The notes under the pieces are model-generated. The model was not told the DNA's origin, did no database searches, and saw only the letters and a program-made list of their open reading frames with translations. From contig DAISRJ010000007.1 in assembly GCA_036828955.1 (NCBI GenBank), forward strand, positions 1,967 through 65,966: a stretch of DNA of 64,000 nucleotides. Reading direction: 5' to 3'. Every line of letters starts with the position of its first letter. The first letter of the stretch is position 1. The stretch comes from Candidatus Dormiibacterota bacterium (lineage in GTDB: Bacteria; Chloroflexota; Dormibacteria; Aeolococcales; Aeolococcaceae). The position numbers and the translations under genes are program-made. Positions 19,704 to 29,047 of this stretch are shown piece after piece.

Positions 19704-20641
19704 GGCTGCCGTTCAGCGACGATCCAGGCGCTCTCGACTCGTCGTACGACACGGCCGGGGTTGACACCTCGCTGCTCGACTGGACGCAGGTCCGGCGCAG
19801 CGCGTACATCATCCATCAGCGCATCTCGTATCGATACGACGGCCCGGTCCGCCTGCTGCGGCAGCGGCTGGTGGTCCAACCACGCGAGCGCCACGGTGAC
19901 CAGCGACGCGTGTCCCGCAGCGTGCGTATCGTCGATGCCACACCCCGGATGGTGCGGGCCGGCTCCGACGATTTCGGCAACCACGTCGTCGACATCGAGG
20001 TGCCGTACGTCGCCGAGCAGGTGACGTTTATCTCGTGGAGCGTGGTGGAACGCAGGGCTGGGCCGCCCCACCTCGCCGCCGCCTCGTTGCTGCGCGACCG
20101 CCGCCTCCTCGATGCCACGGCGCTGACCGCCCCCGACGAGGACCTGGGCGACCTGATCGCCGAGCTGCGCGGCACGGGCCTTGCCGGCGAGGAGCTCGCC
20201 GCCGCCGCGTGTCAGCGCGTCTTCGAGGTGATGAGCTACGCCCACGACGTCACCAGCGTCCGCACCACCGCGGCCGAGGCGTTCGCCGAACGCACCGGTG
20301 TGTGCCAGGACTACGCCCATGTGCTGCTGGCCGTGACCCGCGGCCTCGGGCTGCCATCGCGATACGTGTCGGGTCAGCTGCTCGGGGTGGGCGGGTCCCA
20401 TGCTTGGGTGGAGGTGCTTGTGCCCAACGGCCGCGGTCACGCTCGTGTCCTCGCGCTCGACCCCACGCACGGGCGCACGGTGGGGATGACCTACCTGACC
20501 ATCGCCGTCGGCCGCGACTACAACGACATCGCGCCCGTGTCCGGCACGTACGTTGCCCCGCACGCCGGTGTGCTGACCATGAGCAAGCGGGTCACGGTGA
20601 TGCGTGTGGAGAGCTCCGACGACGATCAGATCGCCGTCTGA
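19700..20641 (+). CDS. transglutaminase-like family protein (paralog 3)
   Basis: GVCQDYAHVLLAVTRGLGLPSRYVSGQ, GSHAWVEV, ALDPTHG. The GTG at 19700 overlaps the upstream stop (GTGA). The ORF-track start at 19655 is the alternative. Confidence 0.8.
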   Translation: MRLPFSDDPGALDSSYDTAGVDTSLLDWTQVRRSAYIIHQRISYRYDGPVRLLRQRLVVQPRERHGDQRRVSRSVRIVDATPRMVRAGSDDFGNHVVDIEVPYVAEQVTFISWSVVERRAGPPHLAAASLLRDRRLLDATALTAPDEDLGDLIAELRGTGLAGEELAAAACQRVFEVMSYAHDVTSVRTTAAEAFAERTGVCQDYAHVLLAVTRGLGLPSRYVSGQLLGVGGSHAWVEVLVPNGRGHARVLALDPTHGRTVGMTYLTIAVGRDYNDIAPVSGTYVAPHAGVLTMSKRVTVMRVESSDDDQIAV

Positions 20642-20665
20642 GCCGGCCGGCGCGGGGGTTGAGGA

Positions 20666-21997
20666 TCAGTCCAGGAGGTCGTGCGCCACGGCGCCGTACA
20701 ACTCGACGCTGAGGCGCAGGGACTCCTGGTCGACACGCTCATCGTTGGAATGGAACATGGCGCTGTACTGGGTCAGCGACATCTCGCGGCTGTACAGGGC
20801 CATCCCGTACGCGGGCACGCCGAGGGCTCGGAAGAAGCGCGCGTCGGTGCCGCCGGGAGTGAGCATCGGGATGCACCTGGCCTCCGGGTAGGCCCGGGTT
20901 GCGGCGCGATCGATCGCGTCCCACAGGGGCGTGTCCAGGGGAGACTCGGAGGGCTCGTTGCGCTGCAGGACCTCGACGGTCACGTCGTTGCGCAGGGGGC
21001 CGAGCGCAGTGTCGAGGAATTCCAGCACGTCCTCGTCGGACTGGCCGGGCACCTTGCGAATGTCCACCTCGAGGTCGACGCGACCGGGGATGACGTTGGT
21101 CTTGTCCCCGCCGTGGATGACGTTGGGGCTCGCGGTCAGGTGGGTGAGGGCGTGGGCCATACCGGCGAGCGCGTGGGGCAGCGCGTCCAACCCCTCCCAG
21201 ATCCGCGCCGGGTCGACGAGCGCCTCGGCGACCGGTGGGTCGAATCCCATCCCGGCAACCCAGCGGCGCCATGCGTCGGTGATGTGCGCGGCGGTGCGAT
21301 ACGCCGAGAGCCGCGCGACCACCTCCGCCGCCTTGACGAGCGCGTTGTCGGCATGGAGCGGGCGTGAGCCGTGGCCGGGGGTACCGTGGACGGTCAACCT
21401 GCACCAGCAGATGCCCTTCTCACCGACGGTGACCCCGATGCGCTCGCCGGCCGCCGTGTGTTGTAGGACACCACCGTTCTCGGTGATCACGTAGTCGCAA
21501 CGGATCGCGTCGGCCTCGTGCTCGGCGAGCCAGCCCGCGCCGAGGCGTCCGCCGGCCTCCTCGTCGGCCACGGCAAGGAAGAGCAGGGTTCCGCGCGGAC
21601 GTCGAGCCAGGACCGCGAGGCGGCGCATGCTCACGGCCATCGACGCCGTCAGGTTGAGCATGTCGATGGCGCCGCGGCCCCACACCACGCCATCGACGAG
21701 GTCGCCGCCGAGCGGATCGCGTTGCCAGCCCTGGAAATCGACAGGCACGACGTCCGTGTGACCCATCAGCATCAGCGTCGGCGCGGTTGGGTCAGTGCCC
21801 TCCAGCCTGGCCAGCAGGGACGCCCGCCCGGGGTGCGACTCGAATGTCTCCATCTCGACGCCGCAACCGCGCAGGTGCTCGGCGAGCAACTCCGCGCTGC
21901 GAATCTCCTGGCCGGAGTCGGGTGTTCCGTCGTTGATGCAACCGTTGCGGATCAGTCGCTGCAGAAGGTCGGTGACCTCCGCGGTGATCTCAGTCAT
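20666..21997 (-). CDS. M20-family metallopeptidase / deacylase
   Basis: MGHTDVVP, ADEEAGG and a dimerisation-domain-like middle region. ATG start. Confidence 0.85.
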   Translation of the reverse strand: MTEITAEVTDLLQRLIRNGCINDGTPDSGQEIRSAELLAEHLRGCGVEMETFESHPGRASLLARLEGTDPTAPTLMLMGHTDVVPVDFQGWQRDPLGGDLVDGVVWGRGAIDMLNLTASMAVSMRRLAVLARRPRGTLLFLAVADEEAGGRLGAGWLAEHEADAIRCDYVITENGGVLQHTAAGERIGVTVGEKGICWCRLTVHGTPGHGSRPLHADNALVKAAEVVARLSAYRTAAHITDAWRRWVAGMGFDPPVAEALVDPARIWEGLDALPHALAGMAHALTHLTASPNVIHGGDKTNVIPGRVDLEVDIRKVPGQSDEDVLEFLDTALGPLRNDVTVEVLQRNEPSESPLDTPLWDAIDRAATRAYPEARCIPMLTPGGTDARFFRALGVPAYGMALYSREMSLTQYSAMFHSNDERVDQESLRLSVELYGAVAHDLLD

Positions 21998-22153
21998 CTG
22001 TTGCCGATGCTAGCCGACCGGGTAGAGATGACACGGAGCGTGCCGCTTGGGAGCCGGTCGCGGAGTCCGTTTCCACCTCCCCACGACGAGGGTCCAAGTC
22101 GCTGGGATCGCCGCGTCGGCGACCATAAGGCCATGCCAGACCACGCGGAGGTG

Positions 22154-23992
22154 ATGCCGCGTCGCGCCGACCTGCGCAACGTGGCCATCGTGGCCCACGT
22201 CGACCACGGCAAGACCACCCTCGTCGACGCACTGCTGAAGCAGTCACGCGTGTTCGCCGCCCACGAACAGGTGGGTGAGCTGATCATGGACTCCAACGAC
22301 CTCGAACGCGAGAAGGGGATCACGATCCTCGCCAAGACCACGTCGATCCGCTATCGCGGGGTCAAGCTCAACATCATCGACACACCGGGCCACGCCGACT
22401 TCGGAGGCGAGGTCGAGCGTGTCCTCGGCATGGCCGACGGCTGCCTGTTGCTCGTCGACGCCGTTGAGGGTCCGATGCCGCAGACGCGCGTGGTGCTCCG
22501 CCAGGCACTGGCGCTCGGCCTGCGCCCGATCATCGTCGTCAACAAGATCGACAGGAACAACGCCCGTCCCGCCGAAACCGTCGAGGCGACCCACGACCTT
22601 CTCCTCGAACTGGCCACGGACTCGTCGCAACTGGACGCGCCCGTCGTCTATACCAACGGGCGCGAGGGCACGGCCACCATGGACCTGAAGCGCGAGGGCA
22701 CCACGCTGGGGCCGTTGCTCGACACCGTGCTCAGCCATGTTCCGCCACCGCCGGCGGACCCGGATGCGCCGTTCCAGATGCTGGTCAGCAACCTCGACCA
22801 CGACAACTACAGCGGCCGCCTCGCCCTGGGCCGCATCAACAAGGGCATCCTCCGGCCGGGACAGGCTGTCGTCTGCTGCACCGCGGACGGGATCGGCCCC
22901 CGCCAGCGAATCGGCACCGTGATGACCGTGGAGGCCCTGCAGCGGATCACCGTCGACGAGGTCGCCGCCGGGGAGATCGTCTACATCACGGGTCTGGCCG
23001 ATGTCGCCATCGGCGACACCGTCGCCGACGCCGACGACCCGGTGCCGCTGCCCCGCCCCGAGGTCGGTGAGCCCACGCTGCGCATGCAGTTCTCGGTCAA
23101 CCAGTCGCCGCTGGCGGGGCGCGAGTCAACCCTGAGCAGCACGTCGCGCCAGCTTCGAGCGCGGCTCCAGCGCGAGCTGCTGACCAACGTCGCGCTGCGT
23201 GTCGCCGACGGGCCCACCGCCGACATCTTCGAGGTGAGCGGCCGCGGCGAGCTGCACCTCGCCATCCTCATCGAGACCATGCGTCGCGAGGGCTACGAGT
23301 TCGAGGTCTCGCGCCCCGCCGTGATCACTCGAGAGATCGACGGTCACCGCCACGAGCCGGTCGAGGAATGCATCATCGATTGCGATGCGGAGGCGGTGGG
23401 CGCGATCGCGGAGACGCTGGGGTCGCGCGGCGCGCAGATGCAGTCGATGCGCACCGACGCCGCCGGCAGGGCGCGCCTCAACCACAGGGCGCCGACGCGC
23501 GCGCTGATCGGCCTGCGCAGCCAGATCCTGACGCTCACACGCGGCACCGGAGTGATGTCGACGCGGCTGCTCGGCTGGGAGCGCTGGCGCACCCTGCCGC
23601 CCACCAGCCGCAATGGCGTGCTCACGGCGAGCCAGCCGGGAACGGCGGTCGCCTACGGGCTGCTCGGCCTCCAGGAGCGCGGCCAGCCGTTCATCGGGCC
23701 AGGCACGAACGTGTACGAGGGCATGATCGTCGGCCTCAACCGCCGCCCTGGCGACCTCCACCTCAACGTCACCAAGCAAAAGCAGAAGACCAACATCCGA
23801 TCCTCCACCGAGGACGCCACCGTGCGGCTCGTGCCGGCGCGCTCGATGTCGCTCGAGGAAAGCCTCGACTTCATCGAAGACGACGAGCTGGTCGAGGTGA
23901 CCCCCAAGGGGATCAGGCTGCGCAAGCGAGTGCTCAACGCGGACCATCGCAACAAGATTCGCAAGCGCGACCAGGCGGCAGCCGCGTCCTGA
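22154..23992 (+). CDS. typA: translational GTPase TypA/BipA
   Basis: [35 protein letters not shown] and NKIDR. The 824-aa ORF-track extension is antisense to the M20 gene and was rejected. The ATG at 22133 is an alternative start. Confidence 0.9.
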   Translation: MPRRADLRNVAIVAHVDHGKTTLVDALLKQSRVFAAHEQVGELIMDSNDLEREKGITILAKTTSIRYRGVKLNIIDTPGHADFGGEVERVLGMADGCLLLVDAVEGPMPQTRVVLRQALALGLRPIIVVNKIDRNNARPAETVEATHDLLLELATDSSQLDAPVVYTNGREGTATMDLKREGTTLGPLLDTVLSHVPPPPADPDAPFQMLVSNLDHDNYSGRLALGRINKGILRPGQAVVCCTADGIGPRQRIGTVMTVEALQRITVDEVAAGEIVYITGLADVAIGDTVADADDPVPLPRPEVGEPTLRMQFSVNQSPLAGRESTLSSTSRQLRARLQRELLTNVALRVADGPTADIFEVSGRGELHLAILIETMRREGYEFEVSRPAVITREIDGHRHEPVEECIIDCDAEAVGAIAETLGSRGAQMQSMRTDAAGRARLNHRAPTRALIGLRSQILTLTRGTGVMSTRLLGWERWRTLPPTSRNGVLTASQPGTAVAYGLLGLQERGQPFIGPGTNVYEGMIVGLNRRPGDLHLNVTKQKQKTNIRSSTEDATVRLVPARSMSLEESLDFIEDDELVEVTPKGIRLRKRVLNADHRNKIRKRDQAAAAS

Positions 23993-24047
23993 GCCGGTTG
24001 CGCAGGGTTGCGTTCCTTCCTGCGACGCCGCTTGCTTGACGCGGTGC

Positions 24048-25298
24048 TCAGCGCACCGAGGCGGGACGCGGGCGGCGGCGACGGAACGTGTTGGTGCCCG
24101 CGCCGCGTGGGCGCGGCCCCGCACCGTTGCCCGGCGCCAGCATCGGCGGCGCGGCGATGAAGCGGATGTCGCCGGTGGTGAGCAGGTGGTCCGTGTCGGC
24201 GCCGCGAAGGTCCGGTGCGCCGAGGCGACGCAGCTTGCGCCACTTCTCCGCGTCCTCGCGTGTCAGGAACGTGAAGGCTCGACCCGCTGCGCCGTTGCGC
24301 GCCGTGCGGCCGACGCGATGTGTCAGCCACTGCGGCGTTTCCGGCAGTTCATAGTTGACGACGACGGCGACCCCGGTGATGTCGAGGCCACGCGCGGCCA
24401 CGTTGGTCGCGACCAGCACGTCGGCCTGGCCACTGCGGAATGCCGCGACGGCCCGGTCGCGCGCGCTCTGCGACAGGTTGCCCTGCAGTTCAACGCTGCG
24501 GTGGCCGCGGGCGGTGAGGTCGCGGGCCAGTCCCTTGGCGCCGTGCTTGGTGCGGTGGAAGACGAGTGCCGACCCCTGGTGGCGGCGCAGCAAGCGCGAG
24601 AGTGTGTCGACCTTGGTGGCGCGCTCCACGTGCAGGATGGCGTGCTCCAGGGTCGGCTCGCCCTGAGTGACCACGCGGATCACCTCGGGCTGGACGAGGT
24701 GGCGTTCGACCATGCGCTGCACCCACGACGGCATCGTCGCCGAGGTGAGCACGGTCTGACGGCGCTGCGGTCCGGCTCCGGGGGTGAGCGCGATGATGCG
24801 CTCGACGTCGGGAGCAAACCCCTGGTCGAGCATCTCGTCGGCCTCGTCGAGGACGAGGTATTCGATGCGTGAGAGGTTGACCTTCCCCTGCGCGGCGAGG
24901 TCGAGGATGCGTCCGGGGCAGCCGATGACCACGTCGGGATGGCTGCGCAACGCGCTGAGCTGGCCTCCGTAGCCGACGCCGCCGTAGATCATGGCGATGC
25001 GCAGCCCGCGGTCGACGGTGCGCAGGACGGTGCCGATCTGGTTGGCCAGCTCTCGCGACGGCGCCACGATCAGCGCACGGGCGTAGCCATCCTGGCGATG
25101 CCCGGCAAGCCTCTCCACCATGGGGATGAGGAATGCCAGCGTCTTCCCGGACCCGGTCGGCGCTTCCGCGACCGCGTCACGGCCGCTCAACAGCACGGGG
25201 ATGGCCTCCTCCTGGACGGGAAGAGGGGTGGTGATCGAGGCGCGTTCCAGCGCCTGAAGTGTGCGTGGGCGTACGCCCAGGTCAGCGAACGATGTCAT
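24048..25298 (-). CDS. DEAD-box ATP-dependent RNA helicase
   Basis: AEAPTGSGKTLAF, LVLDEADEML, SAT and HRVGRTARNG motifs. GGAGA precedes the ATG. Confidence 0.9.
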   Translation of the reverse strand: MTSFADLGVRPRTLQALERASITTPLPVQEEAIPVLLSGRDAVAEAPTGSGKTLAFLIPMVERLAGHRQDGYARALIVAPSRELANQIGTVLRTVDRGLRIAMIYGGVGYGGQLSALRSHPDVVIGCPGRILDLAAQGKVNLSRIEYLVLDEADEMLDQGFAPDVERIIALTPGAGPQRRQTVLTSATMPSWVQRMVERHLVQPEVIRVVTQGEPTLEHAILHVERATKVDTLSRLLRRHQGSALVFHRTKHGAKGLARDLTARGHRSVELQGNLSQSARDRAVAAFRSGQADVLVATNVAARGLDITGVAVVVNYELPETPQWLTHRVGRTARNGAAGRAFTFLTREDAEKWRKLRRLGAPDLRGADTDHLLTTGDIRFIAAPPMLAPGNGAGPRPRGAGTNTFRRRRPRPASVR

Positions 25299-25669
25299 GG
25301 GTCTCCGAAGCCGTGTACGGCTGTGCGCCTCCCCTCGAAGCTCTGGTCACAGTGCCTGGCTTGGGGAACCCGCGTGAAGGCGGGGAGAGGAACCGCAAGA
25401 AGGGCAGCGGCGCACAAGAACACGCCGCGTGTGTCACGAGAGTAACAGGTCACCGTCGATTGAGGCTCAACGGCAGTGTCACATTCACTGCAGCGTCGCC
25501 GCTGGTAATCTTCGATGTGGGGCCGGTCGATTGGTCTGGCAACGGACAGAGATATCGCGCAGGTGGTGCGACGATGGAGCATCGTCGCGGCCGTTCAGCT
25601 TCTCCGGGTACATCGCCACTCCGACGATGCGATCTGCCCAGAGCCGTGTCGAGGAGTGCCGTCGAGCGC

Positions 25670-26890
25670 ATGAAGTATTGGGCGTATCGTGTCGCCGAGG
25701 CACTCGCCAACCTGTTGCCTCTCGCCGTCGCGTACGCGGTGGCGATCGCCTCCGTTCACGTTCTGCTTGTGCTCGCCCCCGGTCGCTTCTCGGGTCTTCG
25801 TGGCAACCTCACCCACGTGGTGGGCGACCTGCCGCCACGAAGGCTGCGCGGGCTCGTCCGCGCCAATGCGCGCAACATGGGACGCTCGTGGGTCGACGTT
25901 CTGCGCATGTCACGGCCCAGCGGCTGCGCCCGACATCTCGATATCGAGGGCATGGACCACCTCAGTGGCGCCCTCGACCGTGGCCGTGGGGTGGTGATGG
26001 TCTGCACTCACATCGGGCCCTGGGACGCGGGCCTTGTGGCGTTCAACGCTGACGCGGGTCGCGTCGCGGTGCTCGCGGAAGCCCTGCGGCCGCCTCGTCT
26101 CTTCGAGCACCTGAGCCGTGGCCGCGCCGCGCTCGGGGTCACCGTCATCCCCATCGACGTCGCCGCCATGCGTGAGGCCGACGCCGATGCCGCGCGTCGC
26201 ATCGGCGTGGGCGCGCTGCGCCAGGTGTTCGGCGAGCTTCGCGCCAACGGAACCGTGGCCATCGCCATCGACCGCGACCTCACGGGGACAGGCGTGCCCA
26301 TCGAGTTCTTCGGACTGCCGACACCGATTCCGCTGGGGGTGGTCGACATCGCCATGCGTTGCAACGCGGCGCTGGTACCGGCATGGTCGGTGCGCCAGGG
26401 CGGACGGCTCTGCCTGCACGCCCTCCCGGAGATCCGCTACGACGTCGACGCGCCGCGCGACGCCGAGGTGCGCACGGTGGCGCGCACGGTGCTGGCCGCG
26501 TTCGAGCCCATCATCGCGGCACACGCCGACCAGTGGCACGTCCTCGACCCCATCTGGCCGATCGCGCCTCCCCCGCGGACCAGGCTCGGGCTGCTCCGCC
26601 ACGCTCCTCTGCTGGTCGCGCTCTTCTGCGCCGCCCTCGTGGCGGCCGGCGAGAGCGGATGGGGACTCGGCCTGACCTGGGTGACCAGGTCGCCGGACTG
26701 GTGGGTGCGCCCGGCCATCGGCTCGGGTCTCGCCGCCCTGGCCCTGACCGCGCTGCCCGGCACCCTCCTCTGGGCACGCGGGCAGCGCGCCCGCTTCCTC
26801 GCCGGGCTTGGCCGGGCGGCGATGTACCTCACGACGGTGGCTCTGGTGGCCGGTCTCAGCGGCGTGGTCGTGGGTGTGCTGCGCAGCTGA
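25670..26890 (+). CDS. lysophospholipid acyltransferase (LPLAT, HtrB/PatA-like) with a C-terminal multi-TM extension
   Basis: H-x4-D motif in CTHIGPWDAG, and DRDLTGTGVPIEFFGLPTPIPLGVV. Paralogous to the gene at 46121-47032. The last ~110 aa form hydrophobic helices. The upstream part of the 543-aa ORF has poor coding character. Confidence 0.7.
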   Translation: MKYWAYRVAEALANLLPLAVAYAVAIASVHVLLVLAPGRFSGLRGNLTHVVGDLPPRRLRGLVRANARNMGRSWVDVLRMSRPSGCARHLDIEGMDHLSGALDRGRGVVMVCTHIGPWDAGLVAFNADAGRVAVLAEALRPPRLFEHLSRGRAALGVTVIPIDVAAMREADADAARRIGVGALRQVFGELRANGTVAIAIDRDLTGTGVPIEFFGLPTPIPLGVVDIAMRCNAALVPAWSVRQGGRLCLHALPEIRYDVDAPRDAEVRTVARTVLAAFEPIIAAHADQWHVLDPIWPIAPPPRTRLGLLRHAPLLVALFCAALVAAGESGWGLGLTWVTRSPDWWVRPAIGSGLAALALTALPGTLLWARGQRARFLAGLGRAAMYLTTVALVAGLSGVVVGVLRS

Positions 26891-26995
26891 GCGGCGCGCC
26901 CGACTCCGGCCTGCTCAGGCGTCCCCCGGATGAACAGCTGGTACACCAGGGCGACCTGCCCGTGATCGCCGCCGCACCGTGCAGAGTCGCCCGTC

Positions 26996-27850
26996 ATGGC
27001 CGCTCTCCTCGCCCTTGTCTCGGCGATCTGCTACGGCGTCAGCGACTTCAGCGGAGGGCTGGGCTCACGCCGCGCCGCCGCCACGACGGTGGTGCTGGTC
27101 AGCAACGCGGTGAGCCTGGTGCTGGCCGTGCTCGCTGTCGAACTCCTGCCGGGGTCGACGTACAGCGGCCGCGACATGCTGTGGGGGGTGGCGGGCGGCG
27201 TCCTCGGGCTCCTCGGGGTGGTCCTGCTCTACCGCGGACTGGCGATCGGGCCGATGTCGGTGGTGGCGCCGCTGACCGCCGTCCTCAGCGCGCTGGTGCC
27301 CCTGGCGGCGGGTGTGATCGCCGGCGAGCGACCCGGGACGATGGCAGTCATCGGCGTCGCCCTCGCCCTCCCGGCGATGCTGCTGCTCGCCCGCGAGCCC
27401 TCTCGACCGGCCGCTGCGGTGCTGAGCCGGGGTGCCCTGGCGTCCGCACTGTGCGCGGGCCTCGGCTTCGGCGGTTTCTTCGTGCTCCTGGCCCAGACCG
27501 GGCCCGGCGGGGGAGCCTGGCCGCTGGTCGCCCAGCGTGCCGCATCGGTCGCGCTTCTGCTCGGCATCTCCTTGGTTGCTGCCATGAGACAGGGAGGGTC
27601 AGTGCCCGTTCCGGGTGGTCGGGTCCTGGCCCTGGCCGCCGTCGCCGGGATCACGGACTTTGCCGCCAACCTTGCCTACGTCATCGCCACCCACCACGGC
27701 CTCTTCGCGCTGGTCGCGGTGATCACCTCTCTCTACCCCGCGAGCACGCTGCTGCTGGCTCGAGGTGTGCTTGGGGAGCGTCTGGCTCGCCAGCAGAGCG
27801 CGGGCCTGGCCATCGCAGCCGTGGCCGTGGCGCTGATCGCCCTTCACTGA
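26996..27850 (+). CDS. EamA/DMT-family transporter
   Basis: 284 aa and about 10 TM segments. N-terminus MAALLALVSAICYGVSDFSGG is typical of EamA repeats. Confidence 0.8.
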   Translation: MAALLALVSAICYGVSDFSGGLGSRRAAATTVVLVSNAVSLVLAVLAVELLPGSTYSGRDMLWGVAGGVLGLLGVVLLYRGLAIGPMSVVAPLTAVLSALVPLAAGVIAGERPGTMAVIGVALALPAMLLLAREPSRPAAAVLSRGALASALCAGLGFGGFFVLLAQTGPGGGAWPLVAQRAASVALLLGISLVAAMRQGGSVPVPGGRVLALAAVAGITDFAANLAYVIATHHGLFALVAVITSLYPASTLLLARGVLGERLARQQSAGLAIAAVAVALIALH

Positions 27851-27868
27851 CTGAGCTGCGGACTTGCC

Positions 27869-28300
27869 TCAACGGCCTCGGGTGAAATCCCCGACCGGAA
27901 TGCCCGGGCCGTCGTCGGCGTCGTCGCTGCCGACCTCGCGTGTGCCCGTCAACGGAGATCGGCCGGCGATGAGGTCCGCCATCTCCTCACACCAGAATGC
28001 GAGCCCGCAGAACTGGTAGGTGAAGATTCCCTTGGTCAGGGCGGGGCTGTTGCCCTCGAACACCTTGTGACCGAGCACCTGCAGAGACCAGCCGGCGAGA
28101 AACAGGGGCAGGCCGACACGAGGCCTCGCCGCGATGAGAGGGAGAGCGGCGGCCACCGCGGGGATGCCCACGAGGTGGGTGGCACGCACACCGACTGTGG
28201 TGTGCTGGGAGCGGTAGTAGGCCATCTTGTCTTCGAAGGACGCACCCCTCGGCGGCGCCTCGGCGCCGTCATCGATCGGCGTCGTCTTCCTGGTCACCAT
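27869..28300 (-). CDS. DUF962/Mpo1-like small membrane protein
   Basis: FEDKMAYYRSQHTTVGVRATHLVGIP...LQVLGHKVFEGNSPA resembles the DUF962 family. The ATG at 28300 is preceded by GGGAAAGGA. The longer ORF was rejected. Confidence 0.65.
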   Translation of the reverse strand: MVTRKTTPIDDGAEAPPRGASFEDKMAYYRSQHTTVGVRATHLVGIPAVAAALPLIAARPRVGLPLFLAGWSLQVLGHKVFEGNSPALTKGIFTYQFCGLAFWCEEMADLIAGRSPLTGTREVGSDDADDGPGIPVGDFTRGR

Positions 28301-28439
28301 GTCCTTTCCCTCTTCACCGGCCACCGCTTGACCGGAGGTGATTGTGCCGCTGGGGCGGTGCGACCCGACGATGCTACAGTCGGCGCCGCCGGCGCACCCT
28401 GGGTGGGCCGGCGCGACGGACCGGCCAGGAATAGGGAGG

Positions 28440-29006
28440 ATGGGCGTGCGGACACTCGTCCTCTCCAGCACCATCGCGATCGCCGGCGCCGCCGTCCTCT
28501 GCTCGTGCGGCTCCCCCTCAGGCCCAGCGGTCACCACGGTGCCCACGACCAGGCTCTCGTCGCCGGCGCCGGCGCCGTCGCCGCCGGCCCTCGACACGTG
28601 CCTCCCGGGCCGCTGGAAGAGCACCGTGGTCACCACCAGCGTCACGATCAGCAACAGCCCGGTCGCCCTGGCCGGTGGTGCCGGCGAGGTCCTGGTGATC
28701 GGACCGTCGGGCACCGTCAGCACCGACGACACCAGTACGGCCGCCCTCACCGGGACGGCCTCGGACGGAACCGTCTACAAGGTGACCCAGACCGGCTTCG
28801 GCAACGGCACGATCAGCAGCGCGAACGGAAAGATCACCGTGACGCTCGCCCAGCCCAACACCCTGTTCGTCAGCCTGTTCAAGAACGGTGTCGAGGTGCA
28901 GAGCCAGCAGCCGGGCTCGGCAAGCGACTTCTACATGTGCACGGCGGGGACGTCGCTCGTGGTGACCAGTCCCGGTGGCACCGTGGTCAAGTACGTGCCG
29001 GGCTGA
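28440..29006 (+). CDS. putative secreted lipoprotein, function unknown
   Basis: The ATG at 28440 follows GGGAGGA. Signal peptide MGVRTLVLSSTIAIAGAAVLCSCGS has a lipobox-like Cys, followed by a Pro/Ser/Thr-rich linker. Confidence 0.6.
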   Translation: MGVRTLVLSSTIAIAGAAVLCSCGSPSGPAVTTVPTTRLSSPAPAPSPPALDTCLPGRWKSTVVTTSVTISNSPVALAGGAGEVLVIGPSGTVSTDDTSTAALTGTASDGTVYKVTQTGFGNGTISSANGKITVTLAQPNTLFVSLFKNGVEVQSQQPGSASDFYMCTAGTSLVVTSPGGTVVKYVPG

Positions 29007-29047
29007 CACCGGCTGGGCGCGCCGCCGCGTGCCATCATGCCTGGGCC

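Noticed and set aside
21518-22153. N-terminal 200+ codon extension of the 824-aa ORF that contains typA
   Set aside because: The extension runs antisense through the M20 peptidase gene and has no GTPase homology. Canonical TypA N-termini begin a few residues before [14 protein letters not shown], so the start was placed at 22154 (or 22133).
28067-29047. 648-aa composite ORF fusing antisense DUF962 and lipoprotein-frame sequence to the quinone oxidoreductase
   Set aside because: The upstream part is Arg/Gly/Pro-rich GC-shadow sequence that overlaps two better-supported genes. The oxidoreductase homology starts at MRAQRITSLDGPEGL (29048).
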